Source: an uncultured delta proteobacterium
Lineage (GTDB): Bacteria; Myxococcota; Myxococcia; Myxococcales; Myxococcaceae
Assembly: GCA_963771175.1 (NCBI GenBank)
Contig: CAVYSY010000026.1
Coordinates: forward strand, 128,001-192,000
DNA: 64,000 nucleotides
Direction of reading: 5' to 3'
The notes under the pieces were generated by a model. It made no database searches and was not told where the DNA came from. It saw only the letters and a program-made list of their open reading frames with translations. Shown here in pieces: positions 1 to 10,260 of the stretch (its first letter is position 1; each line of letters begins with the position of its first letter). The translations under genes were made by a program, and so were the position numbers.

Positions 1-420
1 TAGCAGATGAGCCGCCATGCGCCAGGGCCCGAAGTCCCTCAGCCCGACCTCCGCCGACAGCACCGCGGAGAGCAGTCGCACGGCCTCGGCCGGAGACAAG
101 CTGCGTTTGTTCTCTGGGAGTTGCTCCTGCGGGATTCCCGCGCGCACCAGCAGCCCGTGGAAGTAGTCCACGTCCAACAGGTCCGTCTCTATAGGACCCA
201 CATCGCCTCGGGGCGCACGGGCCATCCCGACCGGCCCGGAAGGAGCTCCAGACGAGGTTCCGCCGAGCATCCCGCGAACTGGCCGCGCCCGCGCACAGTC
301 GACCCCGGAGGCACAGCCCAGGTAGAGCGAGGAACCGCGCCCCTCCCCTTGCGTGGTGACGCAAGCGGGGAGTCCCATCAACAGCATCAGCAAGACGAAG
401 CGCACGGGATGGATTGCCAT
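1..420 (-). CDS. Myxococcal lipoprotein, N-terminal part (runs off left edge); resembles the conserved N-terminus of polymorphic-toxin-type lipoproteins
   Basis: Not in the ORF track. Read by hand from ATG at 420: MAIHPVRFVLLMLLMGLPAC (signal peptide and lipobox Cys) ... DYFHGLLVRAGIPQEQLP ... DFGPWRMAAHLL, open to the window edge. Confidence 0.6.
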   Translation of the reverse strand, partial: MAIHPVRFVLLMLLMGLPACVTTQGEGRGSSLYLGCASGVDCARARPVRGMLGGTSSGAPSGPVGMARAPRGDVGPIETDLLDVDYFHGLLVRAGIPQEQLPENKRSLSPAEAVRLLSAVLSAEVGLRDFGPWRMAAHLL

Positions 421-517
421 GGTCACCCCGAGCGTAGGCGAGCGCCCCCGTCCGGGTAACGAGCCGATCCGCGCGCAATGAGACGGTGAGGCACGGCGCT
501 CCCGAGGGAAGCACGCT

Positions 518-533
518 CGGCACGCGCATTGCT
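518..533 (+). promoter_or_regulatory. Putative sigma54 (-24/-12) promoter upstream of radC
   Basis: CGGCACG-CGCA-TTGCT matches YGGCACG-N4-TTGCW with exact spacing. A GGAGGG Shine-Dalgarno and ATG 563 follow. Confidence 0.6.
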
Positions 534-562
534 CATACCGCCAGGAGCGGACGGAGGGCGGG

Positions 563-1349
563 ATGGAACGGCGTGGGGCGATGGGGATGGTGGAGTGGGA
601 GGAGTCAGCGGGCAATGGGTCGGTGAGGGAGGTGAAGGAGACGCTTCCGGAGGCGGAGAGCCCTCGGGAGCGCCTCTACAGGTTGGGGGCGTCGGCCCTC
701 ACCGACCCGGAGCTTCTCTCCGTGCTGCTGGGCTCGAGCTCGCGCACGCAGGTGCTGGCGGAAGCGCTGCTCGCCACGAAGGGTGGGCTCAAGGCCCTGG
801 TGCAGCAGGACCCGAGGGAGCTGTGCGCACGCCCGGGAATGGGGCCGGTGCGCACGGCGCAGGTGATGGCGGCGCTGGAGCTGGGGCGTCGGGCTCAGCG
901 CGTCACCGAGCGGCGGCCGCGCCTGCGCACCCCGAAGGAAATCTATCACGTACCTCGCGCCCACCCTGAGCGCGCTGCGGCGGGAGGTGTTCCACGTCCT
1001 GTGCTTCAACGCGCGCAACGTGCTGCTGCACGACGTCCGGGTGGCCGAGGGCACCATCAACGCATGCCCCGTGGACCCACGCGAGGTGTTCGCCGCGGCC
1101 ATCACCTCGCGCGCCTCCGCCATCGTGCTGGCCCACAACCACCCCTCGGGAGACCCGGAGCCCTCGGGGCAGGACCTGGGCCTCACCGCGCAGCTCATCG
1201 AGGCGGGCCGGGTGCTGGGCATCAAGGTGCTGGACCACGTGGTGATTGGAGATGGGACGTACACCTCGCTGCTGGAGCGGGGCGAGCTGCCGCTGCTGGG
1301 CGGGGAGACGAGAGGGCCATGGAGCATGGTGGGAGAGGAGCGTGGGTGA
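563..1349 (+). CDS. radC: RadC family JAB/MPN-domain protein, +1 frameshift near 945
   Basis: N-terminal PRERL..GASALTDPELL in the 563 frame. C-terminal AHNHPSGDPEPS..D and LDHVVIG in the 987..1349 frame. Removing one base near 945 restores KEIYTYLAP. Confidence 0.9.
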
Positions 1350-1654
1350 TGCTGGGAGCACTGGGTGTGGTGGCGTGCGGTGGGGGCGCGGTGCAGGTGG
1401 AGGTGCTGGAGGACGAGGTGGCGCAGGTGGTGCCCATGGGAGGTGGCCCGGCGCACACGGTGCCTCGCACCACCCTGCCCTCGAACGTGAGGGAGGGGGA
1501 TGTGGTGAGGGATGGCCGCCTGGATGCCGAGCTGGGGGCCCGGCTGGCGCGCGAGGTGGCGGAGTGGCGGGCGCGCCTGGCCGTTCCAGTACCTGACGGG
1601 CTGGACCTGGACGCAGGAGCCTCTGAGTCGTTGACGCCCAAGAAGGAACAGTGA
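1319..1654 (+). CDS. DUF3006-like small protein
   Basis: VEVLEDEVAQVV ... LPSNVREGDVV pattern; overlaps the radC stop and the recQ start. Confidence 0.6.
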   Translation: MEHGGRGAWVMLGALGVVACGGGAVQVEVLEDEVAQVVPMGGGPAHTVPRTTLPSNVREGDVVRDGRLDAELGARLAREVAEWRARLAVPVPDGLDLDAGASESLTPKKEQ

Positions 1655-3724
1655 ATATGCGGCGGATGACGGAGGCCCTGCCCTACTTCGAGCAAGCACA
1701 AGAGGGACTGGTCCGTCATTTCGGGCTGACCGAGTTCAGACCGGGGCAGGCCCAGGTCATCAGCTCCGTTCTGAGCGGGCGCAACACCGTGGTGGTGATG
1801 CCCACGGGCGCGGGGAAGAGCCTCTGCTACCAGCTCCCCGCCATGCTGATGCCCGGGGTGACGCTCGTCATCTCGCCCCTCATCGCGCTGATGAAGGACC
1901 AGGTGGAGCAGCTCACCGCCCGGGGCATCTCCGCCACCTTCATCAACTCGTCCCTGTCGGACCTGGAGCGCGCGGACCGCATCCGCCGGATGCGCATCGG
2001 TGAGTTCAAGCTCGTCTACGTGGCGCCCGAGCGCTTTCGCAGCCCGAGCTTCCTGGACGCGCTGGCCCAGGTGGGGGTGGACCTGCTCGCCGTGGACGAG
2101 GCCCACTGCATCTCCCAGTGGGGCCACGACTTCCGGCCGGACTACGCGCAGCTCGGCCAGGTGCGCAAGCGCCTGCGCCCACCGCGCACCGTGGCCCTCA
2201 CCGCCACCGCCACGCCCGAGGTCCGCGACGACATCGTCCGCTCCCTGCTGATGAAGGATCCGTCAGGTGTTCGCCGACGGCTTCGACCGGCCCAACCTCT
2301 TCCTGGAGGTGTTCGAGGTCGGCGGGGACGAGGACAAGCGTCGGGCTTGCGCGGGGCTCGCATCGCTGGGGGGCAGCGGCATCATCTACTGCTCCACCCG
2401 CAAGTCGACGGAGAACATGCACTCCGCGCTGCTCGAGCGGGGCGTGAACGCCGTCCTCTACCACGCGGGCATGGACGACGACGCGCGGCGCCGGGCCCAG
2501 GACGACTTCATGTCCGCCAAGGAGGCGGTGGCGGTGGCCACCAACGCCTTCGGCATGGGCATCGACAAGCCGGACATCCGCTTCGTCGCCCACGCCAACA
2601 TCCCCAAGGCGGTGGAGGCCTACTACCAGGAGATCGGCCGCGCGGGACGCGACCGGGGGCCGGCCTTCGCCGCGCTCCTCTTCAACCACGCGGACGTGTA
2701 CACGCAGGAGCGGCTCATCGAGAGCAACCACCCCTCGGAGGCGGTGCTCTCGGACGTGTGGAACGTGCTGCGCAGCGTGCCCGAGTACGACAAGGGCATG
2801 CACGTGCTGGCCGCCCAGTCGGGCGCGAGCGAGTTCGAGGTCTCCGCCGCGCTGCGCATCCTGGAGCGCGAGGGGAAGATCGAGCGCGGCGGCCGCGGCG
2901 AGGGCGAGTACGGCATCACCCTGACGGAGAAGGCCGCCACGACGCAGCCGCACGCCCCGGACGCGCGGCGCCTGCTGGCCTCGCTGCTGGAGACGTTCCC
3001 GGTGGGGCGCTCGGCCACCACGGAGCTGCCCATCCTCGCGCGGCGCACCGGGCTGTCCGGCGATGACATCCAGCACGCGCTGAAGCTGCTGGAGCGGGCC
3101 GGGGCGGTGCAGGTGCGCCGGCCCTTCGCGGGCCGAGCCATCCGCGCGCTGGAGCAGGTGCCCTTCCGCGAGCTGGGCGTGGACCTGAGCAAGCTGCGCG
3201 AGCAGGAGCGGCGCTCGCTGCTGCTGCTCAAGCGGATGACGGACTACGCCTACACGAAGCGCTGCCGGCGGGCCTTCATCCTGCAGTACTTCGGCCAGCA
3301 GGACGTGGACGCCACCTGCGGCAACTGCGACATGTGCGCCGGCAGCAGGATGCAGCGGCTGGAGGGTGTCTCCCGCTCGGCCACCGCTTCTCGGGCCACG
3401 CCGACGCTCGCCCCGGGACGGCCCGACGGCTACAGCGAGCTGGCCGCCACCGAGCTGCGCCGCTGGCGCAAGGACCTGGCGCGGGACCTCGAGGTGCCGC
3501 CCTTCATCATCTTCAACGACGAGACGCTGCGTGGACTCGCCGCGGCGCTGCCCATCGACCGCGAGGGCTTCCTCGCGGTGAAGGGCACGGGCGAGAGCCG
3601 CTGGGAGCGCTTCGGGCCCAAGGTGGTGGAGATCTGCCTCATGGCGCGCGCCGCCGGCCACGAGCCCATCCCCGTGGCCCCCGTACCGCCCCGGGTGCGC
3701 AAGGCCCGCGGCACCCGGCACTGA
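1651..3724 (+). CDS. recQ: RecQ family ATP-dependent DNA helicase with HRDC domain, frameshift near 2262
   Basis: MPTGAGKSLCYQ, DEAHCISQWGHDFRPDY, VATNAFGMGIDK, YYQEIGRAGRD, Zn motif CRR..CGNCDMC, C-terminal HRDC (VPPFIIFNDETL). Split over ORFs 1651 and 2267. Confidence 0.93.
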
Positions 3725-3736
3725 GGCGACGCCGGG

Positions 3737-4100
3737 CTACCCTCGCGGGGAACGGCGCAGCACCAGGCCGACGCAGCGTGCCCATGAACACGCCCACCAC
3801 CACCGCGAGCAGGAAGATGATGATGATGGTGGTGGCGCCGAAGACGAGGCGCACCGTGGACTCGGTGATGTGGCCGGAGAAGTAGGCATCGCGCAGCGGC
3901 TGCATGCCCCCCACCAGCTCCAGAGCCCGCGCCGGCAGCGAGTCCAGCGACAGGGAGAGCCGCTGGAGGAAGATGGACGGCTAGAACCGCCGCGCGCCCT
4001 CCACGAGGATGCCCACCACCAGGTAGAGGATGGAGAGCAGGAAGGCGTTGCCGCTCATGATGCGCATCAGCGGCAGCGGCGGAGGAGTCTGGGCTTCCAC
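3737..4100 (-). CDS. Small membrane protein, interrupted by an in-frame TAG (3981-3983) and a probable 3' frameshift
   Basis: GTG at 4100: MEAQTPPPLPLMRIMSGNAFLLSILYLVVGILVEGARRF*PSIFLQRL... continues in frame into ORF 3639..3914, giving a second hydrophobic helix. Confidence 0.6.
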
Positions 4101-4101
4101 G

Positions 4102-7100
4102 CTATCGTCCCCCTGCCCGGCGCTGCAGGGCCGGCAATGCCTTCTTCACCCGGCCCGCCTCGGGAGAGGCGCCCGCCAGCTTCAGGAAGGACTCGTAGGC
4201 CTGCACCGCCCGCGCCGTCTCCGCGGAGTTGCGCACGAGCGCGTCCGCCAGGGCCAGCCAGACCGAGCCGTCCACGGGCTCCAGCTCCACCGCCCGGGAG
4301 AGCGCCTTCATCGCGGTCGCCTCGTCCCGCTGCTTCAGCGCCACCTGACCCAGCACGAGGTGGCTCCGCCCCGAGGAGGGCGCCAGCCGCACCGCCTCGT
4401 CCGCGGCCTCGCGCGCCTCCTTCGTCACCCCGGCGGCGAGCAGCACCCGCGCCCTGGCCGCCTGGGCGAAGCCCTTGTCCCACGTGGTGGGCGCCTTGTC
4501 CGCGAGGTCCTTCAGCACCTTCGCCGCCGCGCGTCCGCCCGAGCCGTCCACCCAGTGCTCGCCCACCTGGCCGCACGTGACGTCCGGCCCCTCGCGCCGC
4601 GCCGCCTCGAAGGCCTTGGCCGCGTTGTCCTCGAGGCCCTGCCGCAGGAAGGCGAAGGCGATCTCACAGAAGGTCTCCGGCGATTTGGGATCCAGCCTGT
4701 TGGCGTTCTCCAGTTCGCCGAAGCCGCCCTTGGTGTTGCCCAGGGCGAAAAGAACGGCGGCGCGCGCACGATGGGCTTCGGGATCGCTCGCGGCCAGCTT
4801 CACCGCGCGCCCGGCGGCGGCCTCCGCGTCCTTCATCCGGCCCAACTGGAACAGCGCCATCGCGAACCCCTTGTGGGCCGCCGCGGCGTTCGGGTTGTCG
4901 AGCTGCCACTCCTCGAACTGCTTGAGGGCCTCGTCGGTGCGGCCCAGCGCCAGCAGCGTCCGGCCGAGCGCCTCGCGCGCCTCGCCGTGGGAGCCGTTGC
5001 GCTCCACCGCCTGCGTCAGCGGCTTCATCGCCTGGTCCGGCAGGCCCCGGGCCATGAGAAGCCGGCCCAGCGCGCACGAGGCCTCGTAGTGCCGCGCGCC
5101 CTCCGCCACGGCCGCCTCCAGCAGGGTGCTCGCCTTGTCCAGGGCCTTGTCCTGCCAGTGCACCAGCGCCAATGCCGTGCGCACCTCGGACCTGCCCGTC
5201 TTCGCCGCCACGAGCGTCTTCTCCAGCGCCGCCCTCGCCCGGTCGCGCTCGCCCTCGGCGGCATCGGCCTGGGCCAGGTAGACGACGGCCTCGGCGGGAT
5301 AGCGGTCCCCCACGCGCGTGAGGGCCAGTTCCGCCCGGACGCGTTTCCAGTCGCCCAGCTTCGCGTAGGCCCCGGCCCGCACCAGCGCCACCTGGCGGCC
5401 CTCGCCCTCCACCCGGGAGAGCACCTCGCGCTCGCGGTCTCGGTCCAGGAGCGCCCGACCAATGCCCGCCTGCGCCTCCTCGCTGCCGGGCTTCACCGTG
5501 AGGGCCTGCTCAAAAGCCCGCTGGGTGGCGGCCATGTCCCCGGCCACGCGGTTCGCCTCGCCGAGCGCGAGGAAGGTCTCGTAGGCCAGCGGCCCCTTCG
5601 TGCCCTCGGCGAGGAGCGTGCGTGCCTCGCGGGCCTTGCCGAGCGCGGTCATCAACCGACCCTGCGCCAGTTGCTGGCGCGGGCGCATCGCGACCGGCAG
5701 CGCCGGGTCCGTGGCCAACCCCTGCACGTCCGAGAGGGCGGACTCCAGCTCCTGGCCGAGCACCAGCCGGCTCTCCGCGATGCCGAGACGCGCCACCGGG
5801 TGCTCGGGGGCCAGCTTCGCGACGCTCGTGTACACCTTCAGCGCGTTCACCGGGTCGCCCGCGTCGAGGTAGTAACTCCCGAGCGACAGCAGGGCGCGCA
5901 CGTTGCGCGGTGACAGCTTGAGGGCCCGCTGGAAGCGCTCCAGGGCCTCCTGCATCTTGCCCGATTCGAGCAGCACGGTGCCGGCCAGCCCCTGGACCTC
6001 CGAGGTCTCCACCCTGGCACCCAGGAGGGCGCGGCGGGCGGAGTCGCGGCCCTGCGCATCGGCCACCAGCACGTCCACCACCAGGGCGAGCCCCGGGTGC
6101 TCCGCGCGCACGTTCGGACGGTTCAGCGCGGCGAGCGCCTGCGCACGATCCTCGGCGGAAGCACTGTCGGCGTACCGCACCGCGTGGGCGTGGGCCGAGA
6201 GGGCCCAGGCACGGGTGTTGTCTGACTCCAGATCCACCACGAGGCCGAGCTGCGCGAGCGCCTCCTGCCGGGCGGACTCCGTATCCTGCTCGATGAGCTG
6301 GGAGACCCGATCCAGCGCCGCGGCGAGCGCCTGGCCGCCCTGCTTCGCCATCACGAGGAGGAGCACGCCGAGCAGCACCACCAGGGCGCCCATCGCCGCC
6401 ATCACCTTCAGCGTGCGGCCGGAGAAGAACGAGCCCCCGTCCTTGGGGAGGAGATTCTCGCGCAGCTCACGCTCATAGGCCGCGGTGAGGGTCCCCACGT
6501 CTTGGACGGGAGCAGCCTTCCGGCCCACCGGGGCGACCACCGGCGCGGGAGCCGCCTGGACGTCCGCGGTCGCCTCGGGGAGCTCATCGAGCAGCCCGCG
6601 CCGGGAACCAAGGCCCGACGGCGGAGGCGAGAGCACGGGCCCACGCCTCTCGGGCGCGGGCGGCGGAGCGGCGGGCCTGGGCTCCTCGAGCGACGGTAAA
6701 TCCGCGAGCAGTCCGCCCTCGCTCGAAGGCTCGGGCTCGCCCTCCGCCACGGCCTCCACCGGCTCTGGACTCTCCTCACTAGAGGGAGCCTCCGCCGACG
6801 CGGCCAGTGGCTCCTCCTCGACAGGCAGCTCCTCCTCGGGAGCCTCGCTCGGAGCGGCGTCGACCGGAGCGGCCTCGAGCAGCGGGCCCCCTTCGAATCT
6901 CACCGGCCTCCGGCGTCAGCACCACCGGGGCCTCGTCCGGGGCCGCCACGTCCGCGGCCTCCAGCACCGGCACGGTAGGGCCCTCTGGAGCCAAGGGAGG
7001 AGCCGACTCGGCCGGAGCCTCCGCCACCTGGGCGGACGCGGCCTCCGGAGCCGGCTCAGCGGGAGCCTCGGGGGAAGCCTCCGGACCCGAGGCCTCCTCC

Positions 7101-7576
7101 TTGGCGACGGGCTCCTCCGCGGCCTTGGGCTCCAGCGTATTCAGGTCGCTGAACTCCGGGGCGGGCCCACCCGAGAGCGCCGCCTGGGCCTGCTCCATCC
7201 ACCCACGCACGCGGGCGTCGTTGGGCTGCAGGGCCAGCGCCTTGCGGAGGATGGGCAGCGCCGAGCGGAACAGCCCCCGTTGCAGCAGCACCTCGGCGAT
7301 GAGGTTGTAGGCGTGCGGGTTCTCTTTATCGATCGAAACGGCCTGATCGAACTGGGCCATCGCCTCGGCGGGACGGCCCAGCAAGATGAGCGCCTTGCCC
7401 CACAGCACCCGCCCCGTCACCGAGTTGGGGTGATGGGAGATGCCCTGCTCGCAGACCGTAATGGCTCGAGCGGCCTCCCCCTTGGCGATGAGGGCCTTGG
7501 CCAGTTCGACGAAAACCGACGATGCAGGATCCTGGGCGAGGAGCTGCTCGTAGCGCTCCACCAACGATTTGGCCAT
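4102..7576 (-). CDS. Large TPR protein (N-terminal TPRs, Pro/Glu linker, TM helix, C-terminal TPRs), frameshift near 6900
   Basis: ORF 6779..7591 (MAKSLVERYEQLL...) and ORF 4102..6903 join in the low-complexity linker; many TPR-like repeats; TM segment VMAAMGALVVLLGVLLLVM. Confidence 0.8.
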
Positions 7577-7647
7577 GCGGCCCGCGACCATAGCACTGGG
7601 CCCGCTTCCGTTTCGCCCCCTCTGGAATGGGTGCTACCGTCTCCGGC

Positions 7648-8067
7648 GTGATTCGCCTGCTCGCTGTGCTACTCGTCCTCACTCTCGGTGGGGCCTGCGC
7701 CCACACGAAGAAAAACTCCGACACGCAGAGCCTTCAGCCGGTGGTGGAAAGCTTCCATCAGCGTGTACGCTGGAAGGACTACCGACTCGCCTCCCGCTAC
7801 ATCGTCCCCGAGCGCCGCAAGGACTTCGAGCGGGCGCGCCGGGAGCTCAAGGACGAGAGGGATCTGTCCATCACCGACTACGAAGTCGAGGAGGTGCAGT
7901 TCGTCGAGGAGGGCCATCGGGCCATCGTCACGAGCCGCATGCAGTGGATGCGCCTCCCCTCGCCCTCCGAGAAGACCGACACCGTCACCTCCGAGTTCAT
8001 CTATCGGGACGGGACGTGGCTGCTGGAGCGGCAGGTCGGGGGCCCGTTCGACGGCGAGCTGCCCTGA
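7648..8067 (+). CDS. Putative lipoprotein
   Basis: Signal peptide with lipobox LGGAC; codon usage typical of the host. Confidence 0.75.
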   Translation: MIRLLAVLLVLTLGGACAHTKKNSDTQSLQPVVESFHQRVRWKDYRLASRYIVPERRKDFERARRELKDERDLSITDYEVEEVQFVEEGHRAIVTSRMQWMRLPSPSEKTDTVTSEFIYRDGTWLLERQVGGPFDGELP

Positions 8068-8113
8068 AAAAAAAACGCCCACCGTCCCGGGGCCGGCCGA
8101 GGCGGTGGGCGTC
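8067..8113 (-). terminator. Rho-independent terminator
   Basis: 10-bp perfect stem (extendable) ending in a 9-T run on the minus strand (A-run 8067-8075 on plus). Confidence 0.85.
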
Positions 8114-8145
8114 GGTGGCCCCCCTATGGAGCCACCTGACCATGC
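8067..8145 (-). ncRNA. Candidate sigma54-dependent small RNA (about 79 nt, two hairpins, intrinsic terminator)
   Basis: Minus strand: GGTGGCTCC-ATAGG-GGGGCCACC hairpin, then ACGCCCACCG...CGGTGGGCGT hairpin plus a T-run. Begins 12 nt after a sigma54 -12 element. Confidence 0.65.
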
Positions 8146-8155
8146 CTGCCTCTAG

Positions 8156-8171
8156 AGCAATGCGGGTGCCA
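8156..8171 (-). promoter_or_regulatory. sigma54 -24/-12 promoter
   Basis: Minus strand TGGCAC-CCGCA-TTGCT with canonical spacing. Confidence 0.8.
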
Positions 8172-8199
8172 GCCCCTCGTCCGCCGCCTCCCTCCGGAA

Positions 8200-8212
8200 A
8201 ATCAGGGGGTTG
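8200..8212 (+). promoter_or_regulatory. IHF-binding site
   Basis: AATCAG-GGGG-TTG matches WATCAR-N4-TTR, located about -55 to -67 from the predicted sRNA start. Confidence 0.6.
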
Positions 8213-8257
8213 CGCGTCCGCCCCAGGAAGGCCCCACATGAGAAGGGCCCAAGTCCA

Positions 8258-8317
8258 CGACATCCGTGTCAGGAGTCGCTGGGGGCGCCGTGGATTTCTC
8301 CCCTGACAAGCGCGTCA
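8258..8317. promoter_or_regulatory. Two dyads, candidate upstream activator sites for an enhancer-binding protein
   Basis: CGACA-TCCG-TGTCA (8258-8271) and TGACA-AGCG-CGTCA (8304-8317), consensus YGACA-N4-YGTCA. Confidence 0.45.
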
Positions 8318-8327
8318 GGGGAACCCC

Positions 8328-9272
8328 TTACTCGCCGATGACGGAGCGGATCGTCTCGCGCATGGAGTGGCGAGGCTTCCAGTCCACGTCCTTCCGCCAG
8401 CGGCCGCCGTCCACGTTGCAGAGGAACTGGATGTGGTCCAGCTCGGGGGGCGGGAAGTTGGCCAGCCGGTACTTGAAGAGGAGCCCCAGCAGGGGCCGGG
8501 CCACGGGGTGCGGCACGGGGATGGCTTTGTGGCCCAGCTCGCGGAGGATGGCGGACAGGGGCACCTCGCCGGGGCCCACCACGTTGTAGACGCCCTTGGG
8601 CTCGGGGCGCAGGGCGGCCTCCACCATGGCGCGCGCCACGTCCTCCACGTGGATGAGCTGCACCATCGGATCGAAGCCCGCGAGCACCCACGGGCGGCGC
8701 AGCCGCAGGTAGTTGCTGGGCGCGTTCTTGATGGTGGGGCCCACGATGTGGACGGGCCGGAGGATGACCGTCTGGACGTCGGGGTGCTTCCAGAAGAAGC
8801 CGTGCGCGAGCATGTCGACCTCGATCAGGTCGCGCACTCCCGAGAAGCGGCTGGCCGCCATGAGCGGCGCGTCCTCGGTGAGGAAGTTGGAGTTGTCCGG
8901 GCTGGGGCCGTAGACGTTGGCCGAGGAGAGGACCACCACCTTCTTCACGTTGTAGCGGGCGCAGTACTCGAGCAGGCGCGTGGTGCCCACCACGTTGAAG
9001 GAGTGGTGCTCCTCCTCGCTCATGCGCGGGTCGTGCATGATGCCCATGTGGATGACCGCGCGGATGTCGTTCTTGCGGAAGACGTCCTCCGCCTTCTTCT
9101 TGCGCAGGTCCAACTGGTGCATCTCGATGTCCTTCGGCTTGCCCACGAAGGGGCGCCGATCGATACCGATGATGCGCTCGTGCTTGTGCAGCAGCTTGGC
9201 CAGCGTCCGGCCCAGGTTGCCGCTGATGCCGGTGACGACGACGGCCGGTCTCTTGGAAGGATCCTGTGTCAT
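8328..9272 (-). CDS. NAD-dependent epimerase/dehydratase (extended SDR)
   Basis: VVVTGISGNLG Rossmann motif, NVVGT, SSANVYG, LRP..IVGP, IHVEDVA. Confidence 0.9.
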   Translation of the reverse strand: MTQDPSKRPAVVVTGISGNLGRTLAKLLHKHERIIGIDRRPFVGKPKDIEMHQLDLRKKKAEDVFRKNDIRAVIHMGIMHDPRMSEEEHHSFNVVGTTRLLEYCARYNVKKVVVLSSANVYGPSPDNSNFLTEDAPLMAASRFSGVRDLIEVDMLAHGFFWKHPDVQTVILRPVHIVGPTIKNAPSNYLRLRRPWVLAGFDPMVQLIHVEDVARAMVEAALRPEPKGVYNVVGPGEVPLSAILRELGHKAIPVPHPVARPLLGLLFKYRLANFPPPELDHIQFLCNVDGGRWRKDVDWKPRHSMRETIRSVIGE

Positions 9273-9291
9273 GGCGCGCGTGCCGGGGGCT

Positions 9292-10148
9292 TCACCAGAA
9301 GACGCCCTGGCGCTCCTGGAGGCCCTGGTTGAGCATGGACTGGATGGCGGACTTCACGGTGCGGACCTTCTTGTCCAGCTCGGTGTCCTCGTCGTCCGGA
9401 CGGCCCGTGAAGCGCAGCGGCTCCCCGAAGTAGATGCGGTACTTGGTGGGCAGCGGGAAGGGGCAGCCCGGTGACGGTGAGGGGGAAGGAGGGGAAGCCG
9501 AGCAGCTTCGCCAGGGGCTTCACGTCCATCAGGGCGGGAGCCTGCTCCTCGGCGCCCACCACGGCGATGGGAACGATGGGGGTGTCCGTCTCCAGGGCCA
9601 GGCGCATGAAGCCCAGACCGAAGTCCTGGAGCTGGTAGCGCTGGGGCCACAGCTTGCCGATGCCGCGTACGCCCTCGGGGAAGACGAGGATGGCCTCCTC
9701 CGCCTCGAGCAGGCGCCGGCAGTTCTCCGGGGTGCCGACGATCTGGCCCACCCGGGCCATGAAGGTGGAGACGTAGGGCAGCGAGGGCACCCACTTCTCC
9801 ACCATGCTGCGGATGGCGCGCGGCGGGTCGGCCTCCAGCAGCAGGGCCACGCCAATCATCGCTCCGTCCATGGGCAGCTGGCCGGAGTGGTTGCGAGACG
9901 AGGAGGACGCGGCCCTTGGGCACGTTCTCGACGCCGTGGACCTCCACCCGGTGGTAGTGGCGGTAGAGCCAGAAGAAGGGCGCCAGCGCCGAGAGGCTGT
10001 AGTCGAGGTTGAAGCCGAACGGATCCACCCCGTACTCGTTGCCAGTGCGGGCGAGCGCCTGCAGGCGCTCCTTGCGCTCCGGCCCCACCATGCGCTCCGT
10101 CCACTCCCGGAGATCCTGCTTCACCTTGTCGGAGAGCTGCTGGAACAT
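9292..10148 (-). CDS. Lysophospholipid/1-acylglycerol-3-phosphate acyltransferase family, frameshifts near 9893 and 9455
   Basis: VHGVENVPKGRVLLV-(NHSGQLPMDG), VFPEG and PIVPIAVVG motifs spread over three frames; ends ...QGVFW-TGA at 9292. Confidence 0.85.
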
Positions 10149-10260
10149 GAGGCGTGTCTACACCATCCCCTCCCTCGCTGGGAGGCATCCGTGTCCGCTA
10201 GCGGATGGATTTCACACCAGCATTGGCGCATCCCCCCGAGGGCCCCTTATGAAGTAGCGG

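Noticed and set aside
940..2270. radC and recQ frameshifts as programmed recoding
   Set aside because: No slippery or stimulatory signals, the breaks fall mid-protein, and they match the window-wide error pattern.
3981..3983. In-frame TAG as possible readthrough or pyrrolysine codon
   Set aside because: No pyl machinery visible. TAC (Tyr) is one substitution away and the same gene has another apparent error.
7997..8263. 88-aa minus-strand ORF, or ATG at 8143, as a peptide gene explaining the sigma54 promoter
   Set aside because: The frame runs through the terminator into the convergent gene, has atypical composition, and 8143 has no room for an SD after the predicted start.
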